The position numbers were made by a program, and so were the translations under genes. Shown here piece after piece: positions 22,157-31,119 of a stretch of 47,302 nucleotides of DNA (position 1 is its first letter; the number at the start of each line of letters is the position of its first letter). Below the pieces are notes generated by a model. The model did no database searches. It worked only from the letters and a program-made list of their open reading frames with translations, and was not told the DNA's origin. The DNA comes from a virus: the IMG/VR virus record IMGVR_UViG_3300045988_075983, positions 1 to 47,302 of that record; one strand, 5' to 3'.

Positions 22157-22564
22157 GTGGATATTAAGAATTATGAAATTGATATTCGTAAGTATCTTCT
22201 CTCGAAGCTGAAAGGCGAAGTTAGTGGTGTTCGGGTTTATGCCGGTGCAAACACTGGCGACCCGCATTACCCAGCTGTTATCGTCACGCAGACAGACAGC
22301 AGTGCGCTAAGTTCGACTTATGATTCTGCCGGTTGGCATCATGTGCGTTATGCTTTTGACGTGAATGTGTACACGCAAGGCGAAAATGACCGAGAAAATG
22401 CCGCTTCTATCGCAAATCTTGCGGCTAACGCAATGCAGGAACTAGGGTTTCAAATGGATTCCCACGACCCAAACATGGGCGATAAGACGCAGAAGTATCA
22501 ACGGGTAGTTATGCGTTTTACTGCCATCATTAACACTGAAACAGATACAACCTACAGGGGGTAA
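22157..22564 (+). CDS. Tail completion/terminator protein
   Basis: GTG 22157 with RBS aaaggag. It lies immediately upstream of the major tail gene. Confidence 0.45.
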   Translation: MDIKNYEIDIRKYLLSKLKGEVSGVRVYAGANTGDPHYPAVIVTQTDSSALSSTYDSAGWHHVRYAFDVNVYTQGENDRENAASIANLAANAMQELGFQMDSHDPNMGDKTQKYQRVVMRFTAIINTETDTTYRG

Positions 22565-22570
22565 AATTAA

Positions 22571-22990
22571 ATGGCTATTTCAAGCTATAACGTAGTTCTC
22601 AAAACCTCTGATACGGCTGCTGGCGCTTACACAGAACTGGTTGCCGTCAAGGACTTTCCTGATCTTGGCTCTGCCCCTGACACCATCGAAGTCACTACTC
22701 TGCGTGACAAGATGAAGCGGTACATTCAAGGTCTGCAAGATACTGGCAGTTTTGAGTTTACTTACAACTACACTAAGGCAGACTTCACAAAGGTAAAGGC
22801 TCTCGATGACAACGCACAGCATTTCTTTGAGCTGGATTTCGGCAATGACGGTGCTGGCGGTGAGGGTTCTTTCTACTTCTCCGGTCAGGTTTCTACTTAT
22901 GTCTCTGGTGCTGGCACTGGCGCAGTTGTGGAAGCTAAGATTATCGTCACTTGCGATTCCGAGGTCAAGACCGAAAAGCCGTCCGCTTAA
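22571..22990 (+). CDS. Major tail (tube) protein
   Basis: 139 aa, located directly upstream of the chaperone pair and followed by a structured spacer. Confidence 0.6.
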   Translation: MAISSYNVVLKTSDTAAGAYTELVAVKDFPDLGSAPDTIEVTTLRDKMKRYIQGLQDTGSFEFTYNYTKADFTKVKALDDNAQHFFELDFGNDGAGGEGSFYFSGQVSTYVSGAGTGAVVEAKIIVTCDSEVKTEKPSA

Positions 22991-23115
22991 CTAACAGCAA
23001 GGCGCTCTCCTGCGGAGTATGGGGAAATTCCCCTGCTCTGTGCCTTGCGCCCTTTATTGGGCGAGGTGGGAGCGCCAAACTATAAAGCCTAACTCATAGT
23101 TAAAGGAGAGCAATT

Positions 23116-23436
23116 ATGAAAATTAACGGCAAAGACTTTTCCGTAATGGAAGTCACATTCAATCATGTTTGCGCACTTGAGGACATGGGCATCGACCTTG
23201 GCTCAAGCGGCAAAACTCTGTCTACGCTTCGCGCTTTCGTTGCGCTGGCTCTGGACGAGACTGTTGAGGAAGCTGGTGCTGACATTGAAAAGTATGTTGA
23301 GGAAGGGAACGACCTCAAGGAACTTGTCAGCGTTATGACTGAATCAATGGAGAAAAGCGGTTTTTTTCGCGCTCTCGCCAAGAAAGCAGACACGGGGAAA
23401 GCAACTGTGCAGAAAGTTCCCGCAAAGAAAGCGTAA
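23116..23436 (+). CDS. Tail assembly chaperone (gpG-like)
   Basis: Position upstream of the tape measure gene. It contains the slippery run near its 3' end. Confidence 0.7.
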   Translation: MKINGKDFSVMEVTFNHVCALEDMGIDLGSSGKTLSTLRAFVALALDETVEEAGADIEKYVEEGNDLKELVSVMTESMEKSGFFRALAKKADTGKATVQKVPAKKA

Positions 23437-23825
23437 AATACAAAAATATGCGCGATGCCATCTATAAAGGGTGGCTACCGCAAGCATTGGCAATGGGGGT
23501 TGGGTATGACACATTCTGGTCGCTCAACCCCTTTTTGTTGCAACCTTTTTATGACGCTTTCAAGATAAAAACCGACCTGACGCTTGAAACGAACAATGTC
23601 TCCGCATGGCTTAACGGAGCGTATGTTCTTCGCGCTCTCGGTGCTTCTTTTGGCAAGACGGCATATCCAGACAAGCCCACAGAATTGAATTTGACTTCCA
23701 AGCCAGAGCAAGAAAAAACAGCTAGAATGAACGCGGATGCCGCTAAATTCTATGCTTGGTCTTTGGAGTGGAACAAGATGATTAAAGAAAAACACAAACG
23801 GGAGAGTGGTGAGATAAATGGCTGA
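23116..23825 (+). CDS. Tail assembly chaperone -1 frameshift fusion (gpGT-like): 23116..23367 joined to 23367..23825
   Basis: U7 at 23361-23367, read GGU UUU UUU in the zero frame. By my reading the -1 frame has no stop from 23367 through ORF 23448..23825. Confidence 0.6.
23361..23367 (+). promoter_or_regulatory. Slippery heptanucleotide T TTT TTT for -1 programmed frameshifting
   Basis: Seven consecutive T residues, 70 nt before the gpG-like stop codon. Confidence 0.6.
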
Positions 23826-26289
23826 TGACCTCGGTTTTGAAATCAACTCCGATGCTAGAGGTGCTATAAATGCTCTATCAGAACTTATGGATTCTCTTAG
23901 AGATACAAGCAGAACACTACAAGACACGCTAAATACAACTTCCCAAGGAAACATTGCGTCGTCAATCGCGGAGCAAGCAGAAGCCGCTCACGCAGCGTTA
24001 GACGGTCTCGGACTTGATGAATTTGATTCTCAGGAAGCAAGACTTCAAAGCGCGGTTGCAAGCGCAAGCGCTACATTTGAAAATCAAGCCGCAAAAATCA
24101 ACATCCTCGCAGCAGAAATAGAACGCTTGGAATATCTGCAAGATGAAATTGATGATGACGATGATGCCGCTATGGATAGGAGCACTATTGCTTTAGCTAA
24201 AAAGCAGTTAGCGCTATCACAGGCACAGCAAAAGCTCGCTTCTTACGGCGTTCAACTTGAAGTTGCAAAACAGAAACTAGATGATTTTTACGATTCACAG
24301 GAAGAAGCAAATGATTCAGTTGGAGATATGGACGAGCCAGTAAAAAAGGCAACAAAAGAGAACAATACATTTCTTGCGCAACTGGTTCGTTCTGTCAAAA
24401 ATATCACATTCTATCGTATAGTTCGCGGCGTAATTAAGTCAATCACAAACGCTGCGAAAGAATCCGCAAACGCAATGGCCATTTGGTCGGAGCAATTTGA
24501 CACCGGTGCGACTGGTGCTATTGCCAGCTTCAATGACAACATTTCGTCCATTGCATCTAACTTGCTGTTTGCGCGTAATGCAATTATGGCGGCGGTAGAA
24601 CCCATCATCTCCGCATTAACTCCCGCATTTAATATGCTTGCATCTGCTATCGCGAACGCATTTAATGTGCTTTCGCACTTCCTTTCTGCGCTAACTGGTC
24701 GTTCGTTCTATAACAAGGCAATTAAGAACAATGTCAACTACGCGAACTCTCTGAAATCTGGCAGCAAGGCCCAAAAGGCGTTCCTTGCTGGGTTTGACGA
24801 ACTCGAAGTTGTGCAAAGTTCGCAAGGCGGCGGCGCTGGCGGAACTCTTGGCGTTGACCCGTCTGCGATGTGGGAGCGTTCGGAAGTAGAAGATAGCATG
24901 AAGAGCCTGACAGAGCCGTTCCGTGCGGCACTAGATAGGATGCGTGCAATATGGGATGAACACTCCGAAGGTTTGAAGTCTGCCGCAGGTAATCTATGGC
25001 AATCTATCGGAAATTTTGCAAAGACAGTCGATACATCGTTCTTTGAAAACTTCTTCGGAGAAGGCCGCATTGGTGCACTGCTGTTCAATGATGCGTTGAC
25101 GTTGCTTGAAGATACTATGAACGACCTATCAATCGTCATTAACAATATTATTGCTCCGTTCGCAAGTGGTTTTATTCAAGGATTCTCTGACGCTGCAACT
25201 GTGATTTACAAGTTTATAAGAGAAGCACTTGGCCCTGTTTATGACAAAATTCAAGATGTTTTCGGCTTTATCGACGAGCACGGTGATACAATCTCTAAGA
25301 TTTCGGAGAAAATTGGCTATGTTGCTGGCGTGATTGCAGCGGTTATTGCCGCAATTATGGCGGCTAAAGTTGCTATTTCTGCCGTTACGGTAGTTATCGG
25401 CGTGCTTACAAACCCTGTTGGTTTAGTTATCACCGCAATTGCTGCGCTTATTGCCATTTTCGTCAAGCTGTATGACGAAAACGAGGAATTTAGAAACTTC
25501 GTTGATGGCATCATTCAGTGGGCGCAAGAGATTATTCCGGGCATTATCCAAGGAATCCAAGACGCTTGGGCTGGATTTAAGCAGTGGTGGAAAGAAAAGT
25601 GGAATAGCGTCATTGACTGGTTTAAGGACATTTTCGGAATCCATTCTCCGTCCACTGTCTTTAAGGGCTTTGGCGAAAACATTGTCCAAGGTTTGACTAA
25701 TGGCATTAACGGATTTATTGAAAAAGTCCGTAGCGCAATTAGAAAAGTCAAGGAAGCGCTTGACTTGTCCAAGATGAAAGAAACTGCAAAGGGCTGGGGT
25801 TCTGACTTTGTGCAGGGTTTGTCTGATGGTATCAGAAAAGCAAAGGAATTGGCAAAGAGCGCCGCTGACGCAGTTGCTAGAGGCATTGCATCTGTGCTTC
25901 ACTTCTCGCGTCCTGACGAGGGCGTTCTTCGCGATTACGAGAAGTGGATGCCTGATTTTATGCGCGGCCTTGCAAATGGTATTGACACTAACGCAGACTT
26001 GGTATATTCTAGTGTTAATAACCTTGCTTCTGGCATGAAGTCTGCAATGACAGTACCCATGCTCGGCGTAGGAAGCGTTTCTGGGCAGTTCGGTAGCGAC
26101 ATGGGTTCTTTCACGCAAGCACAAATGGACGCAAATGCAAGCCTTGCAGATGTGTTCTGGCAAGGGTGCATGGCTGTTGTTCAAGCAATCAATGACAATC
26201 AACTTGAAGTTAGCATTGGCGATGATGTGATTGGCAAGGCGGCTTCCAGATACAATCGCAAGCAAGCAGTAATCAATGGGGGTGCATAA
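23818..26289 (+). CDS. Tape measure protein
   Basis: 823 aa, coiled-coil N-terminus and an Ala/Ile/Val-rich hydrophobic core (IGYVAGVIAAVIAAIMAAKVAISAVTVVIGVL...). It follows the chaperones. Confidence 0.85.
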   Translation: MADDLGFEINSDARGAINALSELMDSLRDTSRTLQDTLNTTSQGNIASSIAEQAEAAHAALDGLGLDEFDSQEARLQSAVASASATFENQAAKINILAAEIERLEYLQDEIDDDDDAAMDRSTIALAKKQLALSQAQQKLASYGVQLEVAKQKLDDFYDSQEEANDSVGDMDEPVKKATKENNTFLAQLVRSVKNITFYRIVRGVIKSITNAAKESANAMAIWSEQFDTGATGAIASFNDNISSIASNLLFARNAIMAAVEPIISALTPAFNMLASAIANAFNVLSHFLSALTGRSFYNKAIKNNVNYANSLKSGSKAQKAFLAGFDELEVVQSSQGGGAGGTLGVDPSAMWERSEVEDSMKSLTEPFRAALDRMRAIWDEHSEGLKSAAGNLWQSIGNFAKTVDTSFFENFFGEGRIGALLFNDALTLLEDTMNDLSIVINNIIAPFASGFIQGFSDAATVIYKFIREALGPVYDKIQDVFGFIDEHGDTISKISEKIGYVAGVIAAVIAAIMAAKVAISAVTVVIGVLTNPVGLVITAIAALIAIFVKLYDENEEFRNFVDGIIQWAQEIIPGIIQGIQDAWAGFKQWWKEKWNSVIDWFKDIFGIHSPSTVFKGFGENIVQGLTNGINGFIEKVRSAIRKVKEALDLSKMKETAKGWGSDFVQGLSDGIRKAKELAKSAADAVARGIASVLHFSRPDEGVLRDYEKWMPDFMRGLANGIDTNADLVYSSVNNLASGMKSAMTVPMLGVGSVSGQFGSDMGSFTQAQMDANASLADVFWQGCMAVVQAINDNQLEVSIGDDVIGKAASRYNRKQAVINGGA

Positions 26290-26291
26290 CA

Positions 26292-26690
26292 ATGGCAAGT
26301 CCGCTTGACAGGCCGCTGTCAACGCAATTTTTCGTTGATGGAACGCCCCTGTATGAGCCTGATGCTGACGGTGGCATTCAGATGGAATGGAACTCCATTG
26401 CCGCAGAGGGGTCTGGCCGCACGCAAGATGGAGTTATGCACATCGAGTGGGTCAAACGGAGAATCCCTAAAGCGAAGTTCTCTTACAAGGCTGTTACTAA
26501 AGAACAATTAGCTTACATGAATAACCTTGTTCAAGGCAAGACATTCCAGTTTACTTGCCCGAAAGAGAACGGAACTTTGGAGACATTTGAAGCATATTGC
26601 TCCACTTCGAGCGGTTCTTCTTACAGCACATATTTTTACAATGGGCTGTATAGGGATTTTAAGTTTGACATTATCGGCACAGGAGCGTAA
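26292..26690 (+). CDS. Distal tail protein-like (short form)
   Basis: Position immediately after the tape measure gene. At 132 aa it is shorter than a typical Dit. Confidence 0.4.
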   Translation: MASPLDRPLSTQFFVDGTPLYEPDADGGIQMEWNSIAAEGSGRTQDGVMHIEWVKRRIPKAKFSYKAVTKEQLAYMNNLVQGKTFQFTCPKENGTLETFEAYCSTSSGSSYSTYFYNGLYRDFKFDIIGTGA

Positions 26691-26721
26691 AATAAGAATA
26701 ACAAGAACGGTGGTGTTTTAG

Positions 26722-28599
26722 ATGTTTCAAGATAAGTTTGTTTTAGCGGACGGAACAGCGCTTCAAAGCAACATTGTTGGCGTTGACTGGACTACTTCAT
26801 CAAACTCTGACAGTGACATCGCACCCGGTTCTGTGTGCGCGAGCGCTGTTGAGATTGAGTTTTGGGTCAATTCCGACAGCGCTCTTAGCGTAACACAAGG
26901 AACGGTATTGACATATTACAAGGTTTACAAGGCCGATAACGACCTTGACATAGAAACAAAAATTGGCGTTTTTACATGCGACAAGCCAGAAAAGACAGGT
27001 TCAAACAAGTATAAAGTGACGGCCTATGATAACGTATCACTGCTTGATGTTGATGTCACAGAATGGCTCAATGCACTTACTTTTCCCATCGCAATTAAAG
27101 ACTTCGCAACGGCGCTTGCCGCTAAGTGCGAGTTGGAGCTTGCGAACGAACCTCGTCTGAATAAAGACTACCAAATTCAGAAGTTCACTGGTTCTGGCGT
27201 TAATGCTAGAGACTTGATGAAAATGGTGTGTTCTGCGTCCGGCTGCTTCTGCAATGCAGATGCTAATGGCAAACTTTTCTTTGACTGGTACAAGAAAAAC
27301 GATAGAGTAATAATTTCTCCCAAAAAGAGCATTAACGAAAAGTCTTTCCATCTGTTTGATGTAGTTAATAGAAGTCTGCAAGACAATGTTCATCGCGTGC
27401 TTATTTCCGCAAAATCAGGTAGCGACACGCCTGATGGAATCCCTTACTTTGCAAATCAGTTGACTTTCTCGGACTTCGTTGTAAAGGCTATTGATAAAGT
27501 ACAAGTTAGGCAATCTGATGATGATGTAGGCGTTGTTTATCCTGCTGACGAGCAAGGCACTAACGCGCTTGTCATTCAAGGTAATCAGCTTCTTTCAACA
27601 GCTTCCGATGCGGCACTACGTCCGTATGTCAAGAATCTGTACGATGGTCTGAATAACATTACCTATGTTCCCTGTTCAAATATTCAGACACCGGAGACAC
27701 TTGAAATCAAGGTTGGCGATATTGTAACCGTAAGTGACGGGAAAAATGAGTTCGACACTTGGATTACAAGTGTAAAGCACAGTGGCGGTAAATGCACTTT
27801 TGAGAGCGTTGGTAATGCTAACCGCAACACGACTACTGCTGTGAATAACGTCAAATACAACTCGAAGCAAAGGATTCTTAAAATCTCTGCAACGGTTGAT
27901 GGCCTTACCGTAAAGGCTGAACAAACAGCGCAAGACATCAGTGGACTAAGTTCACAATACACGCAACTAAAACAAACTTTTGACAAGTTTGAAGTGACAG
28001 CCGTTACAGATGGAAATGTTCGCTCTAAGTTCGCACTTGACCCGTCATCCGTTGTGATTGAATCTGGAACAATCACGTTCAAGGGAGATACACTTGTTGT
28101 TGATTCTGATAACTTCAAATTATCACAAGACGGAACTGTACGTATCACTGGTACGCTAACTTCAAGAACAACGTACAGCGAAGCTGTTATCGGTAATGGC
28201 GAAATAACATTGTCCCAGATGGTCTCTGGCGGTTCGTATAGCCCTGCCGTAAGAATTTACTCTGACGGCGAAGGCGGTTCTTACATTCTTGGTCACATCA
28301 GGATTTACGGCAACGATGGCTATAACGACAACCGTATTGACCTATATAATGATAGCGCTGGTTCTCACTTTGAAATGTACACTGGTGGCACACATACAAA
28401 ATTCTTTGATGTTCGTGCAGATTCAAACGGTGAGGGTCATGTGTCAATCGGCGGTGTTAATGCTTTGGGCTATCTGGAATGCAAGCGTTTAAGAATTGAC
28501 GGCCACAACGTGGCTTTGTCCCGTGTAAACTACACAAACTCGGAGGGAACTCCCACTTGGGAATATCTGTTGACTGCCCACCAAGGCGACGCATGGTAA
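26722..28599 (+). CDS. Tail tip / baseplate hub protein (Tal-like)
   Basis: 625 aa, the second gene after the tape measure. RBS ggtggtg. Confidence 0.55.
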   Translation: MFQDKFVLADGTALQSNIVGVDWTTSSNSDSDIAPGSVCASAVEIEFWVNSDSALSVTQGTVLTYYKVYKADNDLDIETKIGVFTCDKPEKTGSNKYKVTAYDNVSLLDVDVTEWLNALTFPIAIKDFATALAAKCELELANEPRLNKDYQIQKFTGSGVNARDLMKMVCSASGCFCNADANGKLFFDWYKKNDRVIISPKKSINEKSFHLFDVVNRSLQDNVHRVLISAKSGSDTPDGIPYFANQLTFSDFVVKAIDKVQVRQSDDDVGVVYPADEQGTNALVIQGNQLLSTASDAALRPYVKNLYDGLNNITYVPCSNIQTPETLEIKVGDIVTVSDGKNEFDTWITSVKHSGGKCTFESVGNANRNTTTAVNNVKYNSKQRILKISATVDGLTVKAEQTAQDISGLSSQYTQLKQTFDKFEVTAVTDGNVRSKFALDPSSVVIESGTITFKGDTLVVDSDNFKLSQDGTVRITGTLTSRTTYSEAVIGNGEITLSQMVSGGSYSPAVRIYSDGEGGSYILGHIRIYGNDGYNDNRIDLYNDSAGSHFEMYTGGTHTKFFDVRADSNGEGHVSIGGVNALGYLECKRLRIDGHNVALSRVNYTNSEGTPTWEYLLTAHQGDAW

Positions 28600-28609
28600 A
28601 GGAGATACT

Positions 28610-28852
28610 ATGAGCGATAACGAAGTAATTATAAATCTGCAAAGAGACTTGTTTTCTGTACTCAACAACTCAACGATGCCGCTTATGGTAAAGTCCTTGG
28701 TTGTAGAAAATGCTCTTTTGAAACTTAACGCAGAGTTAAAGAATGAGCAAATCGCAAACCTGCAAGCTAACCAAGAAGTGAATTTGCACGTAGATACGTT
28801 AGAAATGAACACAGGCACGAAAGACAAACAAGCAGAAGCAGAAAAGGAGTGA
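28610..28852 (+). CDS. Hypothetical protein
   Basis: RBS aaaggag. 80-aa ORF. Confidence 0.55.
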   Translation: MSDNEVIINLQRDLFSVLNNSTMPLMVKSLVVENALLKLNAELKNEQIANLQANQEVNLHVDTLEMNTGTKDKQAEAEKE

Positions 28853-28857
28853 TTTTC

Positions 28858-29511
28858 ATGCTTTTTGACGGTAGAAATCGAATCCGTTTCCCGTACTCGC
28901 GTTATGGCTATACGCGAGGGAACGGCAAGGTCTGGCACGGTGGCGCTGATGTTGACGGCCTTGACGATTCCATTATTCACTTTCCGCGATATGCAGACAA
29001 GAGCATTTCCGGCACAGTAGTGACGGCAAGAATTGTCACAGACAAGCGAAACAGGACATGGGAATGGGGCTATTATGTCTGCGTTAAGCTGGACGCGAAC
29101 CAAACGCCCGATGTTGTGAACTACCTTTATTTTTGCCATTGCGAGAAACTCTTGGTTAAGGTCGGGCAGAAAGTTAAAAGTGGAGACCCGATTGCCGTTA
29201 TGGGAAACACTGGAAATGCGGCACTTGCCAACCCGCCTTTCAAGCATTGCCACTTTGAGGTTCGCGCATCTGCCACTGGCAAAGGTCTTGACCCTACAAA
29301 ATACATCGGCTTTGCAAATGCTGTCGGCGTGTATGATTCGGAAGTCGAGGTAGAAAAGAACGACATCCCAGAAGTAAACGAGCCAAAGTCCAAGTTACAG
29401 ATGATTACCATTGGCCCTGTTTCACAAGGCGATGCAGATAAAATCTACGCCACAGCAAAAGAACTATGTTTAACAGAACAAGGGCTTTACAAATCTGAAT
29501 GGGTAGAGTAA
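28858..29511 (+). CDS. M23 (LytM-type) peptidoglycan endopeptidase with a C-terminal SPOR-like module
   Basis: HGGAD (HxxxD) and HCHFE (HxH) motifs. The C-terminal 43 aa, EPKSKLQMITIGPVSQGDADKIY...LYKSEWVE, is repeated at 30960..31118. Confidence 0.75.
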   Translation: MLFDGRNRIRFPYSRYGYTRGNGKVWHGGADVDGLDDSIIHFPRYADKSISGTVVTARIVTDKRNRTWEWGYYVCVKLDANQTPDVVNYLYFCHCEKLLVKVGQKVKSGDPIAVMGNTGNAALANPPFKHCHFEVRASATGKGLDPTKYIGFANAVGVYDSEVEVEKNDIPEVNEPKSKLQMITIGPVSQGDADKIYATAKELCLTEQGLYKSEWVE

Positions 29512-29586
29512 AATGAACGTAATAGCATTAAGCTGTTGCTTCGTTATTGGTGCAGCACTATTTATTATTAGAGGTGGTGAGACTGA

Positions 29587-29967
29587 ATGCCCGAAGGTTA
29601 TCAATTAAAATATTCTGGTGAAAAGATTGACACGCTTCTCGAAAAAATTGACGGTATTGAAATCAAAGACCAGTTTAAGACAGTCACCGCTACATTTACC
29701 GTGGATGGCTGGACGGCGGAAAACGGCAAGTACACGCAGAGTAAGACCGTCACAAACAGTGAGACATTTACGATTAAAAACGTTTTGCCGCCGCTGACAA
29801 CGCAGACAGACAATGCCGACACCGATGCCACAAAGCGCCGCAATCTTGGAACGATTGCTAGGGGAACAACAGAGTTTACAGTGACGGCAAGCAACATCAC
29901 GGTAAAAATCACCGCCGACACTAAGCCTGACTGCGACTTGGACGTTACGTGGTACTTAGAGGTGTGA
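29587..29967 (+). CDS. Hypothetical tail-associated protein
   Basis: RBS gaggtggtga. 126-aa ORF. Confidence 0.55.
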   Translation: MPEGYQLKYSGEKIDTLLEKIDGIEIKDQFKTVTATFTVDGWTAENGKYTQSKTVTNSETFTIKNVLPPLTTQTDNADTDATKRRNLGTIARGTTEFTVTASNITVKITADTKPDCDLDVTWYLEV

Positions 29968-29969
29968 AC

Positions 29970-30389
29970 ATGAAAATTTACGATGCAACACTTGAGCACG
30001 AGTTGCAAAACCCAGATATGACGCTCGGCAGGTTAGAAACTGCGAAACGTGTCACGGTGCATCACGAAGCTGTACCCGCATCCGTGCGGTATGAAGTAAT
30101 GACAGGAACGGTCACTGCTGATTTCCCAGATGGGCTTCGGCAGGAAATCACAACTCCAGCACAGGACGCATGGGACGAGTACGAAGAAGCGCATCGGTAT
30201 GTGCCGTACACCGATGCGGAACTTGCGGATATTGCAGAAAAGGCACAAGCAGAAAAAGATGCCGCCGATGCCGCCGCCAAGGCTTCCGAGCAAGCCGCCA
30301 AAGAGGAAGAAGCGCGCCGCGATGCCGTCGAAAAACTTAATGCGCAGGTAACATACACTGCAATGATGACAGGCACAATGATTCCCTAG
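29970..30389 (+). CDS. Hypothetical protein (XkdW-position) with an Ala/Glu/Lys-rich coiled coil
   Basis: ATG 29970 with RBS agaggtg. It lies directly upstream of the XkdX-like gene. Confidence 0.55.
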   Translation: MKIYDATLEHELQNPDMTLGRLETAKRVTVHHEAVPASVRYEVMTGTVTADFPDGLRQEITTPAQDAWDEYEEAHRYVPYTDAELADIAEKAQAEKDAADAAAKASEQAAKEEEARRDAVEKLNAQVTYTAMMTGTMIP

Positions 30390-30399
30390 GAGAACTGAA

Positions 30400-30531
30400 A
30401 TGTACGAAAAAATTAAACTTTGGCATAAAAAAGGCTGGTGGACCGAATCTATGGTTGCCCAAGCCGTCAGGAAGGGGCTGATTACCAAAGAACAGTACAA
30501 AGCCATTGTGGAAGGGACAGAAAATGAGTAA
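30400..30531 (+). CDS. XkdX-family small protein
   Basis: 43 aa: [43 protein letters not shown]. This matches the XkdX pattern (W..g.WT...V...V.kg.IT.eeY..I). It falls below the ORF-track cutoff. Confidence 0.6.
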   Translation: MYEKIKLWHKKGWWTESMVAQAVRKGLITKEQYKAIVEGTENE

Positions 30532-30958
30532 TTTTATGGGAGTGGGGATGCAAGAACTCCCCATTGGGTGTATTTTTGAATTTGACCCAACTGGAATTTC
30601 CGGTGCACCAGATTTAAGCACGCCAGAAAAAGTGCACAATTATTTTGGTTATGGCACGTGGGAACGGTACGGAACTAACAGGGTGACGGTTGGCGCTGGC
30701 GGAGAGTATAATGCGGGTAGTATTGGCGGTGAGAAGGAGCATACACTGAATATTGCAGAGATGCCGTCCCATCAGCATCAGCTCCACGGATGGGCAATCG
30801 AAATCGCATCCGGCTCATCATTGCAACAATATGCACCAACTCACCCCTACGACAGGTACGACAACACAAATCTTACGACCCGTCCAGTGGGTGAAGGTCA
30901 GCCCCACAATAATATGCAGCCCTACATAGGCACTTACCGTTACCGCCGCATTGCGTGA
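30524..30958 (+). CDS. Phage tail collar domain protein
   Basis: [18 protein letters not shown] matches the tail-collar motif. ATG 30524 overlaps the XkdX-like stop. Confidence 0.7.
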   Translation: MSNFMGVGMQELPIGCIFEFDPTGISGAPDLSTPEKVHNYFGYGTWERYGTNRVTVGAGGEYNAGSIGGEKEHTLNIAEMPSHQHQLHGWAIEIASGSSLQQYAPTHPYDRYDNTNLTTRPVGEGQPHNNMQPYIGTYRYRRIA

Positions 30959-30959
30959 A

Positions 30960-31118
30960 ATGAGAACCGCTAACAAAGAAGTTGATGAGCCTAAGTCCAA
31001 GTTACAGCTAATCTCTGTCGGGCCGGTTTCGCAGGGTGACGCTGATAAAATTTATGGTCTCTGCAAGGAACTTGGCCTTGTGGAGAAAAATCTCTATAAA
31101 TCCGAGTGGGTGGAATAA
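30960..31118 (+). CDS. Stand-alone 52-aa SPOR-like module, paralogous to the C-terminus of the M23 peptidase
   Basis: Sequence: MRTANKEVDEPKSKLQLISVGPVSQGDADKIYGLCKELGLVEKNLYKSEWVE. By my count 33 of 43 positions are identical to 29380-29511. Its stop abuts the tail-fibre ATG (TAAgATG). Confidence 0.55.
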   Translation: MRTANKEVDEPKSKLQLISVGPVSQGDADKIYGLCKELGLVEKNLYKSEWVE

Positions 31119-31119
31119 G

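Noticed and set aside
29513-29608. 31-aa hydrophobic ORF between the M23 peptidase and the next gene; also the 35-aa basic ORF at 34214-34321
   Set aside because: Both are plausible small peptides, but the evidence is limited to a nearby purine-rich tract and both overlap the starts of better-supported genes. They are not listed as features.
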